64,000 bases of DNA from Malacoraja senta (Eukaryota). Where the stretch lies: the NCBI GenBank assembly GCA_038087875.1, contig CM076000.1, positions 868,001-932,000 of the forward strand, given 5' to 3'. The position numbers were made by a program, and so were the translations under genes. The notes below the pieces were generated by a model. It had not been told where the DNA came from. It saw nothing but the letters and a program-made list of their open reading frames with translations, and ran no database searches. This document shows, in pieces, positions 1 through 14,910 of this stretch; position 1 is the stretch's first letter; the number at the start of each line of letters is the position of its first letter.

Positions 1-2181
1 GAATGTATTAACTAACAGATGAAGTAGCAAAACCTCCTTAATGCCCATGGGATGAGCTTAATTCAGAAAGATCATTGTGCTGCTATTCAGAATTTAGTTG
101 CATTTCGCAAACTAAAAAAACTCGAGCTTCCTCAGAGAATGAATGGAAAATACTGAGGTGTTCATTATGTAAGAGTGACAAAAGACATTGAAACGTGTTT
201 GAATCCAAATAAATATATTTTGTACTTTGTATAATACATATTTACACAAGAAATTGCAGCATATTGTACTGAACACTTTGTCATTATGAATCGTGGAAAA
301 AAAGTGTAGAATCAAAACATGGTAACACATCACACAATGGCGCAAACAAATAATAATTTGCACAGTAAAAAGATCTTGGGCCAGAAATTAGTCCTTCTTT
401 GCTTGCACTAAATTCAAGATTTGAGGGATTTATAACTGGAATTGCTACTTTATTATTTATTTAGTGCCAAGTGTCAGAGAACAAATTTCAACCACAGACT
501 TTAGGTTACAAGGCCTCTGGTCAAATATATTTTAATGAAAAATGCTTTGTACAGACCATTAAATTAAAAACTTAAAAGATCGTCAGTTTCCGGTTCAAGT
601 TCAATGAGGTAGCATACCATGTGCATTTATAATCGGAATGTAAACTGATCTGGGGTTTGCATTGGTACATTTTTGTTGCTGCATACCAAATGCTAGATTT
701 TGCCTGTTATAAATTGCAACATGGTATTTACTTTCATATCTATACAATTTAGAAAATTATGTGCAAAACCAAGAATGAGAAGTTTGTATATTTTACTACC
801 TGACAAAGTAAAAATGCTTTGCAGGCAGCAATAGTGTGATGGTAATACGGCCACGGTTGAAAATTCATCATGCTAGTGCTTACCACCATTGGAAAACAAA
901 TTCTGCATCTGTATATACACTCCACATAAGTCACAATAAATGGCAGGAACAATATCAAAGACGATACAAATTGAATCAAAAGTTGACAATATTTGGACAA
1001 TGCTTTTTCACGAGTCATGTTCTACTAACAAATATATAACCTTACTCTTTTTGGTTTCAACTTCAACAAATGCAAAAAGGTTACTGTTCAAGCAGTACTA
1101 TAATTTGAAAATGCATGTGAAATTGTACAAATTCAACTATGGTAATACCACAAATCAGTGAATCCTCTTTACATTGCAAACAAAAAAAACAGTAAAATTC
1201 ACAGCAACAATACATTTTTCCAAACACACAATGAGTATTTCCCATTACAAGTGTGCAACATTTTTAACTGGCAAGTCGACATAATTTTTGCCATGTTGTT
1301 AGGAATTAAACGAATTCTAGATGGTTGAATGGCACAATGTTACTGGGCAATTAAAGAAATCTGGTTCCAATACAGTAATGGATTAAACATTTATATGCAG
1401 TGAATGAAGGAATCTAAATAAAAAGTAAAATCAACTTTTTATTGCCTGAAAAATAGCACTCAGAGTGATGATAGGCAAAGGATAGGAAACAGAACTTTCC
1501 TGTACCAGTTAAAGAAATTTCTTAAGAATTACTGAGCTTTGAAAATAATTAATAGTTTAACCTAAGAGTTGAAGTTATATTTTAGATTGTTGAGATCTGA
1601 AAAAATAAAAACGTCTAAGATTTGCCAACTGTTTGCATATTTACACAGTTGGCAGTAAATCTTAGATGTTTTTGTTTTTTTCAGATCTCAGCAGTGTAAA
1701 TAGACCATGTTTTATCCATTCAGACACGATGGTCAGTTAAATTTAGCTTTCCACATACACTGCCCTTATTCCAAGTTCTGAATACCAGCTGTGCCACTCC
1801 TGGTTTCTTGGAAAGATCAAAGACCTACAATCTATGGACATTAAACATATTATTTCAAGTCTACACAGCACTGTGCCAGCTCATATTTGGCAAGTTTAAT
1901 TTGACCCAACTTGATCCTCAATACATCTGCATAATGATTTTTTGTTTACCAAGAGTGGTCGACTCTACTTACACATGTAACTATGTTTATCAGCACATTT
2001 TCTTTGACTGATTCATGTGGAAAGGGCAACTCACTGTTCACTTTTATTTCTCCTTTCAAAAGCTACATGATTTTGCTTTAGACTGGGCCATGATGAGTTT
2101 TCCATATGTAGATTCAACCAAAAAGTAACAACCAAGAAGTAATACATTTGGAAGGCAGATATAAATCCCAATAAATCATCA

Positions 2182-2370
<189 letters not shown>

Positions 2371-2419
2371 TTAACACATTTGTTCTTTATGCTCAATACT
2401 TCTTCATTTTTATTATTTT

Positions 2420-2725
2420 TTACAGCATGGAAACTGGCCCTTTGGCCCACCTAATCCATGACGACCATTGACCTCCCGTTCATACTGGTTCTATATCACC
2501 CCACTTTCTGGTCCACTCCCTAGGGGCAATTTACAGAGGCAAATAATAACCAACAAATCCACAGGTTTTTGCGATGTGGGAGAAAACCGGAGCATCCGGA
2601 GGAAACCCATATGGTCACAGGGCAAATATGTAAACTCCACACAGACAACACCCGAGGTCAGAATCAAACCTAGGTCTCTGGCGCTGTGAGGCAGCAGTTC
2701 TACCAGTTGCATCACAACCCCCATG
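2420..2725 (-). mobile_element. tRNA-derived SINE
   Basis: B-box-like ggtttgattc on the minus strand; central gggtttcctccgg..ctccggtttt core; related copy at 16695-17012. Confidence 0.75.
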
Positions 2726-4197
2726 TACTTTACCTTGCTCTGAAGGATGTATAAACAATTGGAATATGCATTTCAAAAACCACCTGAATCTGATAGTTAT
2801 GTTAATTTTAAATACTGGACCTTTTGAACATTAGTCAGATCATGTTTGAAACTTTTAGTTCTTAAAAACATTTAAAGTTCACTTTTTTTTTCCAACTGAA
2901 AGCCTTCTCTCTGTTACTAGCCATGTGTACCGAAGCCTCCACTAAAGTGTGATGATTGCAAAGATTGGGCAAGGTAGCTTTATTTCTTCCTATCTAATAT
3001 GGCATCTAATATAAAAAATTATGTAAAAAGGATCAAACAGGGAGTAAGCGTTTAAAACACTTAGCCAGGCAGTTCAGGATAACTGGGCCAGTGCTAAAGA
3101 ATAGCCTTCTGTTCCAGTTTCCAGCGCATGGGCATTTTGCACATTTGAGTGAACTAACAGGCTAGTAGTAATTCTACCCTGGGGCGCATAACTGGCTTAG
3201 ACTTGCTAAAGGTACAGCAGCTTCATTGAAATTAATGGGAAGAAATGGCAGCGGGGAGAATGATAAAAACATAATTTTACATGAAGTCAATCAGTTAAGA
3301 TATTTAATTTATTTTAAGTGGTATGTGTTAATGATTTACTTTTTAAAAACATTTATTTTCCTTTCAGATTGAGCTTCTTTGTAAACGTCAGGCAAATACA
3401 AGGAATGGAAGGAGGCCTTATTGGCTATGAAAGCCATTGTGGGAGTACAGCCAGCCACGGGTACTCGGAAAGCCACAGTGCTGACAGCAGTGAGCTGGAC
3501 TGTTAGTGTAAGACTGTTCTCAGAACCACACAAGAATCAACATATTCCAAGTGCAGAAGACCGGCAAATTTGGAATCAACAGAAGAAATACATATCCTGT
3601 TAATGTAATGGCATGAACTCTGCTTGCTCACTAAAGATAGTGAACATCTTACTGCATGGCAAGTGATAATTAATGTCAGACATTGGATTCTGAAAATTCA
3701 ACTATTAAATTTAACACTACTAATAGTGCAAGTTAAAAATATTTATTTTTTGGCTGCTCTCACTAACACCCATGTAAATCTCATTTGTTTTCTGTAGATG
3801 AGCAAAACTAATTTAACCTTCCAGTTGAAATTCTGATCTTTGTGAGGTTTTCACAATTTGATTGAAAAGCCATGTTGCCTCTTGTACCTCCCCCTTCCCC
3901 ATAAAAGGTATCACAGGTTCCCTGTGGACGGCACATTTTGGATCAGATCCAACAATGCAGCAATTTGTCTGCTCAAAATATAGAAACTGACTAACTGTTA
4001 GTAAGGTTGAAAGTGTACATCGCCCTTTTGTTGCCTCAAAAAAAAATCTTTCCAATTGGTTGGAAAACCCATTATGTCTGATTATTTTGTGTGTATGTAT
4101 GCATTGCACCATTCAGGTTTGAAAGATGCAGCAAATAACTACCAATAAAGTCACCAGCTTAACTGAACCTGCAATATGTTTGCACAATCCTAGTTAC

Positions 4198-4347
4198 CTG
4201 AGGTATTGGCACCTTTCCCGGCATTGGTCCAAAGTGATTCAGGATTTGAGTTCTCATATCATCCTTGAGAGATTTGAACCAATTGAAGGCTTGGTCATAC
4301 ACAGAGTTAGACAGAGAAACAAGTTCATTATATTCTTCCCCTTCCAC
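4198..4347 (-). CDS. LONRF2: LONRF2-like exon 11
   Basis: gacag|VEGEEYNELVSLSNSVYDQAFNWFKSLKDDMRTQILNHFGPMPGKVPIPQ|gtaact; 150 bp. Confidence 0.94.
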
Positions 4348-5166
4348 CTGTCAAAACAAGAAAAGTTAATTGCTTAAAGGAAGCAAAGGAAACTTCAGGA
4401 TAAAAAAAAAAGAACAAGCTTTTGGTAATATTCTTTTCACAATTCACTCATTCATATTTTTTTACAACATACAATCTGCAGCTTTTTTGATATTGTAATG
4501 TATTGGCAAATCCCAATTTACAAAATCATTTTAAGCATGTCACATCATAAAATAACTACAACTCAAATTCAGTTCCAACAAGTAGCGAAACATACTGAGA
4601 GTGGAAAATTATTAGCCCTCAATTGTGCATTAAATATTCCCAAGATTGCTATACTTTTAATAACTTTTGTTTTAAATGAAAAAATACTATAAGTGGGTAT
4701 TAGATGCATCAGTCAGAATCATTATTCCTGCCTTCCAAAAACTAAACCCCATGATACCACTATCTCCAGTTTAGTGAGAACACAATTGTCTTTGAATCTT
4801 TATGGAAAACTATAAAATACATTGGGCCAGAGATACCAACATAACAGGCTGACCATGGAAAAGAACACACAACTTTAAAGATGTACTTAATACAAAATTA
4901 TAACTTTCGTTCAAAGCCATTCATGGTACATGACGTAATCTTCCTGGTTCAGGCCTGATTCACACAAACAAATCTCCAGAAGAGAGAAATGTTTGTTTTC
5001 TCGGGCACAGCACTAATAGGTACATCTAAACCATTTTACTGATGGAATATTATAATAGGAGACAAAGTATTAATTTACTTTCATCAAATGAGTCTGATTA
5101 AATTTAAGCATAGTTAAATATTTAAAAATAACAAGATTTAAGTAATTCAAATGCACGTTAATGCAT

Positions 5167-5368
5167 GGTAGACAAAAATGCTGCAGAAACTCAGCGGGTG
5201 CAGCAGCATCTATGGAGCAAAGGAAATAGGCAACGTTTCGGGCCGAAACCCTTCTTCGGCCCGAAACGTTACCTATTTCCTTCGCTCCATAGATGCTGCT
5301 GCACCCGCTGAGTTTCTCCAGCATTTTTGTCCACCTGCAATTTTCCAGCATCTGCAGTTCTTTCTTAA
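5167..5368. mobile_element. Palindromic short element with hammerhead-like core
   Basis: ~80-bp inverted arms; 14-bp TSD gcacgttaatgcat at 5153-5166 and 5369-5382. Confidence 0.85.
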
Positions 5369-5599
5369 GCACGTTAATGCATAGTTTGAATGTTTGGGAC
5401 ATTCAAAGGCATTCACAGTTTATGACAGGCTTGACACCAGACTTTAGAAGTTTTTTTTAAATTCAGCCGGTTTCTGGGCAGGGCTCGTCTACCCCATCCA
5501 CGTGAAGTCAATTCACATGAAAGTTGTTAAGTCAAATGTTAAGTTTGTCATTTTAAACTGGGATGCCTTCAGGCAGCAAGTTAATAATGGTGCATCTGA

Positions 5600-6835
5600 A
5601 AAAGCAGTTTCATATTTGCACATCAGCTGTGAACCTGGGCAGCTCCTGTGTTTTGCATAAAGGGAATCTGGAAAATATATTATATTTTGATTTCCAGAAA
5701 GCATTTGATAATTTGTTGGATCAAATATTATTGTGGTAAATATAACCTTGTGGTGCAAGAGGTAGTGTATTGGCATTGACAGAAAATTGTCCAATTAACA
5801 GGGCAAAGAATAGACATATATTGGGATTGTTTTCTGGTAGGCAAAAAAAGGTAACACATGGTGTGCCAGGAACCTCAATTTATTATAATGATGGATGTAA
5901 AATATAGTAGATGTGAAGATAAAATAAGGAGGCTACAGAAGGGATATAGATAAGTTGTGAGCAGGCAAATATCATGAAAATAGAGCATAATATTAGTAGA
6001 AAGTATGATATTGTATACTTTTCCAAGGTGGTGTGAGATTGTAGAATGTTGAGATGCAGAAAGGTTTGGGTGGCAAAAGGGCTTGGTTGCAGGTACAGCA
6101 AATAATTAGGAAATAAAACATTGTTTGCTTGTGGTTTAAGACGTAATGTACTGGCAATGACAGAAAATTGTTTGATTAACAGGGAAAATAATAGACATAT
6201 TGGAATTCAGAATCTCCATCGATGCTGCCTGACTTGCTGAATTACTCCAGCACTTTATGTCTATCTTTGGTATAAACCAGCATCTGCAGTTCTTTGTTTC
6301 TATAATGTTAATTATTACTGGAGAATTAAGGTCATGCTTCAGTCATGTTTGTATTTAAGAGACCAAATTTGGACTGTTGTGACAGTATTGATCTTAACAA
6401 TATTAATACATTAGAAGTAGTTACAAGGTTTACTACATTAATACTTGGAATGGGAACATTGTCTTATGAGAAAGAGTTGACAGGCTAGGTTTGTATCCAC
6501 TGGAACTTAAAAACGCAAAAGACCACTGAAACAAAAAAGATCCCAAAAGATGTTAATAAAATGGGCTTGGGGAGGATTTTTTCCTGTCACAGAATCTACA
6601 ACTGGGGAAGACTGTTAAAAATAAGGGGTTGCCAAGTTATTTGAGTAAAGGCATCAAAGGTTATGGAGAAAAGGCAGGAGAATGGGGTTGAGAGGGAAGA
6701 ATAGATCAGCCATGATCGAATGGCAGGCCCAATTCTGCTCGTATGTCTTATAAATTGTAATTCAGCTAGTCGTGATCTCATTAAATTGCTGAACAGGCTT
6801 GAGGGGCTGTGTGGCTAGATCTTGCTCCTAATTCG
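5600..6835 (+). mobile_element. Highly decayed CR1 remnants
   Basis: gatttccagaaagcatttgataa (DFQKAFD), ggtgtgccag, CR1-like 3'UTR at ~6640-6835. Confidence 0.6.
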
Positions 6836-7066
6836 TAAGAATGATGTTAATCTCCAGCAATGTGTTCTCTGGCCTGTATTGGTCTTGCAAAGATAGTTCA
6901 GTGATGGAAACCACTGCGATGATGGAATGGATGGATTTCCCAAACAAAATAACAAATTCTTTATTGCTCTACCAAATTACTTCAGAGATTAAACTAAATG
7001 GAAAACATCACCTTTTCCTTTAGTTGCTTTCAGGGGTAATTGACTAACTAACACATGGAAGAAAAT

Positions 7067-7257
7067 GTGTAAGAAGGGACTGCAGATGCTGGTTTAAATC
7101 GAAGATAGACACAAAAAGCTGGAGTAACTCAGTGGGACAGGCAGCATTTCTGGAGAGAAGGAATGGGTGACATTTTGGGTCGAGACCCTTCTTCAGTCTG
7201 AAACGTCATCCATTCCTTCTCTCCAGAGACGCTGAGTTACTCCAGCTTTTTGTGTCT
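7067..7257. mobile_element. Palindromic short element with hammerhead-like core
   Basis: Inverted arms around cccttcttcag; TSD-like acatggaaRaaaat at 7053-7066 and 7258-7271. Confidence 0.8.
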
Positions 7258-7276
7258 ACATGGAAAAAAATATTTA

Positions 7277-7582
<306 letters not shown>

Positions 7583-8768
7583 TCAATATACTATACACCA
7601 AGCGTTTCAAATGGTCTAACTAAATTTAATTTCCTTTTGCATCCAAAAGACAATAATTTCTAAGTTCATATATTTTCCACCAATACATTGAAATAAAGCG
7701 AATGGCTGAGCTATCATGTCAGTACAAGAATGACCATCACCACAAACAAGCATGGTGTATCTTTACCATACACAAATAGTGCTACACTTCATTGGCACCT
7801 CATTGTATATTATCAGGGCCATATCAATACTTTCCTTCAATGTCACACTATTATTTAGCCTCTCTTTATTCCTTCCATGTCTGAAATTTGTTCATTCTTC
7901 TTCCTAACTCTTAACTGTTATGGTCACACTTTCCTTTTGCACTTTGAATTGATTACATAACTTTGCATTAAAACATTGGGAAACTTTCCAGCATTTACTC
8001 AATACCTACCAGACACCACCATTTCCAATTGGCAGCTGTCCGATCAGTCCACCCCATTTCATCTCAAAAATACTACCCACAACAAAAGTTATCCTGGGAC
8101 AATAACTACGAGCATGGTTTAAACATCTCATCCTATAGCTATGTCAGCCAATTCATACTTTAAGAGTAACTGAGTATTCTTTATTCACTGCTTTTATATC
8201 AGTTCAGTTATAAATGCAATTACCATTTAAAAAAAACTTGCTCAAATATCCCCCACAGTGAATTGCTTAACAAGTTTCCTCAACTTTGCCTGGTGGTGGG
8301 AAGGGAGTGAAAGCATCGAGTTAAAGTTCTCGGAATATTTAATGTAAAATTTTTGTATCTACTATTAATGATATTACATCTTTATCAAATGTTAATAAAC
8401 TAAATATGCAAATCAAAAATGTTGCCAAAACAATCTCTTTGACCTAGACCCTGCCAAATAATACTATTCAATATTTGAGTGGTATTGTTTGGCCACGGCC
8501 AGACAGTGTGTTCTTCACATTTAGTACATTAAAAAAAGCTTTGCATCTAACAAATTAATTTAAGTATAGTCATTGTTCAAATGTTGGCAGATGCAAGGTC
8601 ACTAAACAAAACAGTTAACATGTAATCCACCTTGCACGAGTGTTAAATACTAGTCACTGTTCAAAGAAATGCAGGAGCATTTTCCAGTCTCAAAAATCAT
8701 TTTCTGAAAATAGCCCTCAATCCCATGTATGTGAATTAAAAAGTGAAACCACTGAGCCAAGGATGTCA

Positions 8769-9023
<255 letters not shown>

Positions 9024-11112
9024 TTAGTTGAAACATTAGGGCCAAAGTAACATATAAACATTTTATTGGGAAGTCAAGAGGCCATCAGTCAATTCTTAAT
9101 TGCAAGTATTAAAGTGCTTAATTATCAAACCGTGATGCAGCGTTCTTAAAATGAATTAACACTTACAAATGGAAATAATTCTACACTAGATGGTCTCTAA
9201 GAAAACTCAAATTTTCCTGTTTCTATATTTCTCGTTTCTTCATACCCGTGACAATTTTAAAGTTGAAATCTTGCTTTGACATTTGATCCTAGAAGTAAAT
9301 CCCTAAACTGCCTTCAGATCTCTATTGGGAATTTCAAGCCATTTCTATTTGGTCCCAGAACCATTGAAAATAATTTGTTCCTACCTACCCCCTTTTACAG
9401 CCTCAATTATTTTCCCAAACTAGGCAAAATGCTGCAGCACCCACAGGGTATCCTCAACCTCCAACATTTCCTCAAAATGGAGTTCAATAGTTTGCACAGA
9501 ACTCTGAAGATGTTAGAGGCTTGCAATTACTTCATTGTCTTTACATGATACATCTCGGTGTTAAATCAAAAAAGGAACAAATCAGGCACCATTAATTGTT
9601 TACTGAGATCACCCAGATATTTTTTATCTGCGAGAGCCCTCTGCTCCAGATAAGTTTACACATCTTTACAGTAGCATTTGAAGTAACTGCAAAACATACC
9701 AGTTAAGCAATTTTACTTCTTGTGCTTTGCTACTACATTTGACAATGGCACTTCCTCTTCAAGTGTATCAAACAAATGGCAAGTTGTCGAGTATGAAGAT
9801 GGGCCCCGACCCAAAACATCACCTATCCTCAACTTCACCTGGTTTCCAGACCCACTGAGTTATACCAGCACTTTGTGTCCTTTCATGTAAACCAGCATCT
9901 ACAGTGCCTTGTTTCTATGGCAAGTCGTTGATGTCAGATAGGCCTGGACGACCTATTTTTTATTTCTTTTAATAGATCCGCATTGATTGCATTTATTGAT
10001 CTTTGACTTTCCAAGTGATAATCTCTTGGTCCCAATTATCTTATTGAAAGATTTGACACCATCAATCTTTTTTGATTAACAGCTGCAATCCTCCAGTTTT
10101 GGCATCACTCCCATGTCTTAACACTCTTTTGTGAACTTGGGAGGGGACATATTCAACTGGTCTTCACAGTTTAACAAATCTTTGTTGCATCAATTACATA
10201 ATATCCCAGAAACTTGTCAGTGTCTAGCTATTCATACTTGCCACTAATCTACGAGAAACTTCACTTATGCCTTGCATCGCACAGGCAAGCTCCACATTAA
10301 TGTTTTTTATTCATTCACTGATTATGGATTTCCTGAGCAGTATCAACATTTGCTTGCTAACACTAGGTAAAACTACCAGCACTTTAAAAAAAGACTAGCG
10401 TTTCACAATGAATCTCTATTTTTATTCACCTTTCTTTGGACTTGAAGTTAACCTGGTTATTAAAAAATAACAACTTCATAAATAATTTTGATAAGTTTAA
10501 AATAAACATCGATTATAGCATGTTTTTACTTCAAGCAAGTTAATTGAAGTCTTAAAGAATAAATAATTTTGAGCTCTTGGATTGGGCAGACTAATGCAGG
10601 TTAATCAACAGGGGGCTAAGCAGGAGGGAAAAGGCAAACACTTGCCCATCAAAAACATTATTACTCAAGCAAGATTTAAGACTTCAATTAACTTGCTTGA
10701 AGTAAAAACATGCTATAATGGCACATTTCCTGAATCTCTGCACACTTGCTTAAGGGATGAGATTAGAGATTATATTTTTATTTTAAAACCCACACAAGAG
10801 CAGGAATAATACCATATGCACTTGGCCGCCAGCATAATCAAGGACCAGTCACAACCTGGTCACCCCCTCTTTTCCCCTCTCCAATCAGGGAAGAGCTACA
10901 GAAATTTGAAAACGCATAGCTCCAGATCTAGTTTCTTTCCAGCTGTTATCAGGCAACTGAACAGCTCCGTCATCAGCTAGGTTATCCTGATCTTTCATCT
11001 ATATCATTGGAAACCTTTGAACTATATTTAATCACTTTTCAGACTTCAATGTTATACAATAATAAACTAAAGCTAAAAACAAATTCCAGACCACAAATTA
11101 AGTTTGACATAC

Positions 11113-11234
11113 TTGGACAGCTCTTCCATTTCTTCTTCATGAAACTTCTTTCGCTCTTTGAATTCTTCAGGCATGTTTCGAACAATCAGTTCTTCTATCA
11201 AGAACGTCTTACCAAAAGCCCTTGTTTCCAAATA
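11113..11234 (-). CDS. LONRF2: LONRF2-like exon 8
   Basis: ctacag|YLETRAFGKTFLIEELIVRNMPEEFKERKKFHEEEMEELS(N)|gtatgt; 122 bp. Confidence 0.93.
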
Positions 11235-12453
11235 CTGTAGCAAAAAGCAAAAAAAAAGTTATACACTAAATCTAAATAAAAAAGCACATCTTAAAATGTT
11301 AGACAGAAAACAGTTTGAAAAATGTGCAAAATCCTGGGCTATTTAATGCTTGGTGTGATAATTGAAATAGTTTTTAAATAGGGTATATTGGTCTTTATTC
11401 GGTCAGACGGCAATTGCATACAAAACCTGTCTATCAAGTTTTTAGTTAATTATCAGGAGTGGTATTTCATTTCAGCTAACATTCACTTCTATCTCCTATC
11501 TTCCAAATAGTGTTAAGGCAGATACATTTTACAAAGGGGGTACACTGTAACTCTGCAATGTTACTAGTCTACACGAAATGTTACGGCCAAGTACGTAGTT
11601 ATAGCCATTGAAACCAGTTAATGGTTTATTGTCATCTGCGATTACAAATATTTAAAAATTATATGCTTTGAGTTTGGAGTCTGCTGGCAACGTCTGCTTC
11701 CCCAATGAATAAAGACTTTCATTTTTACAACTTCAGTGTCTTCAACTAACTCAGTTCACAAGACACAATAATAGGTGAACAGGATCGGATGCAAGTGGCC
11801 AGTAGAACAAGGCCACTCAACATTGTTACTTCCAGATCTGATGATTCCAGTGCAAAGGCATGGACAAGGATTTCAGCAGCAAATGAGCTAAGGCTGGTGA
11901 AGTTGGACAACATTGAACTGTCTTAATGATAGTGCGGATGCGTGATCAGAAACTGGGTTAAATATGACACCAAGATCGCAACATTCTGGTTTTATTTCAG
12001 ACATCTTCCAAATGCTCCATCATCCTTGCTTCTTATTTCCTCCAGTCCTACAACTCCCAGGTATCATTGATCCTCTAATCCTGACAATTTGAAAGTTTTC
12101 CAAATGGAATCGCCCCAACACTGGTGGCTGCAACTTTAATGATCACAAACTATGAAATTCCTTCTAAATCTCTACCTCTGTCCCACTTTAATACTCTGAC
12201 CAAAAAATTTGTAAGATGTCCTAATTTCTCTTTACGTGACTCAGTGTCAAGTCACAATGAACCGTTGTGTGTAAATGTACACATGCAAGTTGTATGTGCT
12301 TCTGTTGGGAGTGCAAGTACATCATTTATTGCAAAAGAATCTTCAACTGTTTTTTGTTTACATATGGTGTACATGTTCTCTAATGGAAGTTGTAACAAAT
12401 AAACTTCACCAACATTATTAAAAATTAACGGAACCACAGCCTGTAAAATACTA

Positions 12454-12642
<189 letters not shown>

Positions 12643-12849
12643 TTATGTTGATATAAATCTCTCCATTACTTAAATAAGAGCTTTAATGCTCATAAATTAT
12701 AGAAGTTGAAGAGGCAGTATTTATATGAAATCTTCTAACAGAGCATTATGATGTGATGTTACACTGACCAATTACACTGCAAATGAAAAAAGTTCAAAAG
12801 GAAGTATTCGTTAGGAGTCAGATGTGGAAGAGATTAAAAATATAAATAC

Positions 12850-12940
12850 CTCATACAAAGAGAACATTCGAAATCTGATGGATCCACAAGGTGAACGGGA
12901 ATTTCCCCATGTGCTTTGGAAGTAAAAGGCGCAAATTCGT
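12850..12940 (-). CDS. LONRF2: LONRF2-like exon 6 (start of second RING)
   Basis: ttttag|(D)EFAPFTSKAHGEIPVHLVDPSDFECSLCM(R)|gtattt; 91 bp, phase 1->2. Confidence 0.93.
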
Positions 12941-12964
12941 CTAAAATGAAGGAAAAAACGTTTT

Positions 12965-12967
<3 letters not shown>

Positions 12968-12998
<31 letters not shown>
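12968..12998. repeat. (TA)n microsatellite
   Basis: Direct reading; a second (TA)n lies at 24474-24511. Confidence 0.95.
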
Positions 12999-13003
<5 letters not shown>

Positions 13004-13234
13004 CAAGTACAAAGCTGCCTTAGAGGAATTGGTTTTAGTAGAGTAAACATCAACCAGTTGATGAGGTGCAAAATGTTGCCCTCAGGCAAAGGAAAGATCA
13101 GATTAAAATTTAACAGTTAAAATATTAATTCTCGATTCATTACAAGTATGGTATGGTGCAACACATTTTTGGAATTAAACCGATTCACGGACAGGGTGAT
13201 GGGTGTGGTGAGAAATGAAGCAGGTATATCAACA

Positions 13235-13510
13235 CGTTATGGTCCCTTTTTTTAAAATTATTATTTTTCGTTTTTGTCTTCTTATTCTTTTTTAGGTTTT
13301 TACTTATTTATTCTTTGACTACACTATTTGGTAGTTTAGGGGTTTACACATTCACTATTTATTTCACTTTCTCTCTCTTGCTCTTTCTCTCTTTTTCTAT
13401 TTCTTCTTTGTTAATTTAAAAATGGAAGATGTACAATAAATGTATTTTGTCATATGCCTCGGTTTATACTACTGTACACTGCTGCTAATAAATATATTAA
13501 TTAAAAAATA
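13235..13510 (+). mobile_element. L1 3'UTR fragment
   Basis: T-rich 3'UTR resembling the 31940-32280 reverse complement; ends aataaatatattaattaaaaaa. Confidence 0.55.
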
Positions 13511-13675
13511 TATATTAATTCTCATGTACTTCATATCCACTCCACTTGAATTGCAATATTCATATCATGCTTTAATAATTATCTACCATTCATCAGTGAG
13601 GGATGGAGTGAAGGGTAAATAGTTACATTGTGTTGAACATTTCATGCAGGACAAACGATTTAAAAAAAATCAAAC

Positions 13676-13874
13676 CTTTTTTAGCCATTTTGTTGGGTCT
13701 TTCGCAGAACTCTGTCTCACTTGATAGCTTTCTCTTGCGGCTGTCATCAATTGAACTGGATGGAGCTATGTCAACTGACAGAGAATTTTCTCTGAGTGTT
13801 ATCTTGGACTTAGTCAATGTTTGATTAGATTCATTTGGCTCCTCGACTACAGATTTATTCATATTGACCAAAGA
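13676..13874 (-). CDS. LONRF2: LONRF2-like exon 5 (linker with basic RKRK motif)
   Basis: ttctctccttgccag|SLVNMNKSVVEE...SRKRKLSSETEFCERPNKMAKK G|gtttga; 199 bp, phase 0->1. Confidence 0.85.
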
Positions 13875-14910
13875 CTGGCAAGGAGAGAACGAACATGTTA
13901 GACAGTGATATTCCTCATGTTCGTCTACAGATGTATTAAAGAATATTTGATTAATAGTATATTAAAGAAGGTTGATTAATAGTATATCAAGACTCTTTTA
14001 CAAACATCTATATTATCTATATTATTAATCTACAAAAATCCTCTTTATCAAGATTTTCTGACCAAATGTACTTGGTCTTTGAATCTTTGTATACTCTCAA
14101 AATCAATGAGTTTCCACAAAGCCAAAACAAGGTTGATTTTTATCTGCTAGTCATTGTACAAGCCATCACATGTTCTATTTGGCCAACCTACAGGGCAGTA
14201 TGCATTTTGTTTTCATCATGCAACGTTAATTACATATTACTTTTTCAATTAACAATGAAACAGATAGGATCAGTCAGTATGAGCCAAGAATGTTAAGGGT
14301 CTATCCTAACCAGAAATATTGGATGAACAGGAAGATTCTATGCTCATGACTGCCTGAACATGGAGTGAATGACAAGCGTTGCCTAGTCCACCTCAGGCTT
14401 GTTACTTTCTTGAATCCAGTCCATCTTCACAGCACATTGCATCAGGAAGGCTGGGACTATTATCAAGGTTGTTTGCCACTGAGGCCATTCCCTTTTCTTT
14501 CTTCTACACTCAAACACCCAGATTTAAGAACAGCTTCTTCCCCACGGCTATCAGACTCCTGAACCAATCACCTCTTTCACACTCACTTCCCAGAGGGGCT
14601 GCCGTGCACTTCATCATTCAGTTTTTCCATTGTTGCACTTTTTTTACTACTTCAGTTGTACTACAATCCGTGCAGCATTCTACTGCTTTGCATTTGTGAT
14701 TGTGTATATTGCTTCACTTATTGTATTGCTGGCTTACTCTACCATGCGTGGACTTAAATTTCATTGTACCATGAATCTGATATATGTTATGATCCAGAAT
14801 AAAATAGATAGTCGCAGAAATCAAGTTTCAGGTCATTTGTTTGGTCTAAACTTAATGAGCTAGCCTTGCATTAAACATCTTAATCATTTTGTTTAAGAGT
14901 TAACGTGTAC

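Noticed and set aside
13875..13924. Upstream alternative acceptor for LONRF exon 5 (ctgtag at 13925)
   Set aside because: It gives phase 1 whereas exon 4 ends in phase 0; the 13875 acceptor fits.
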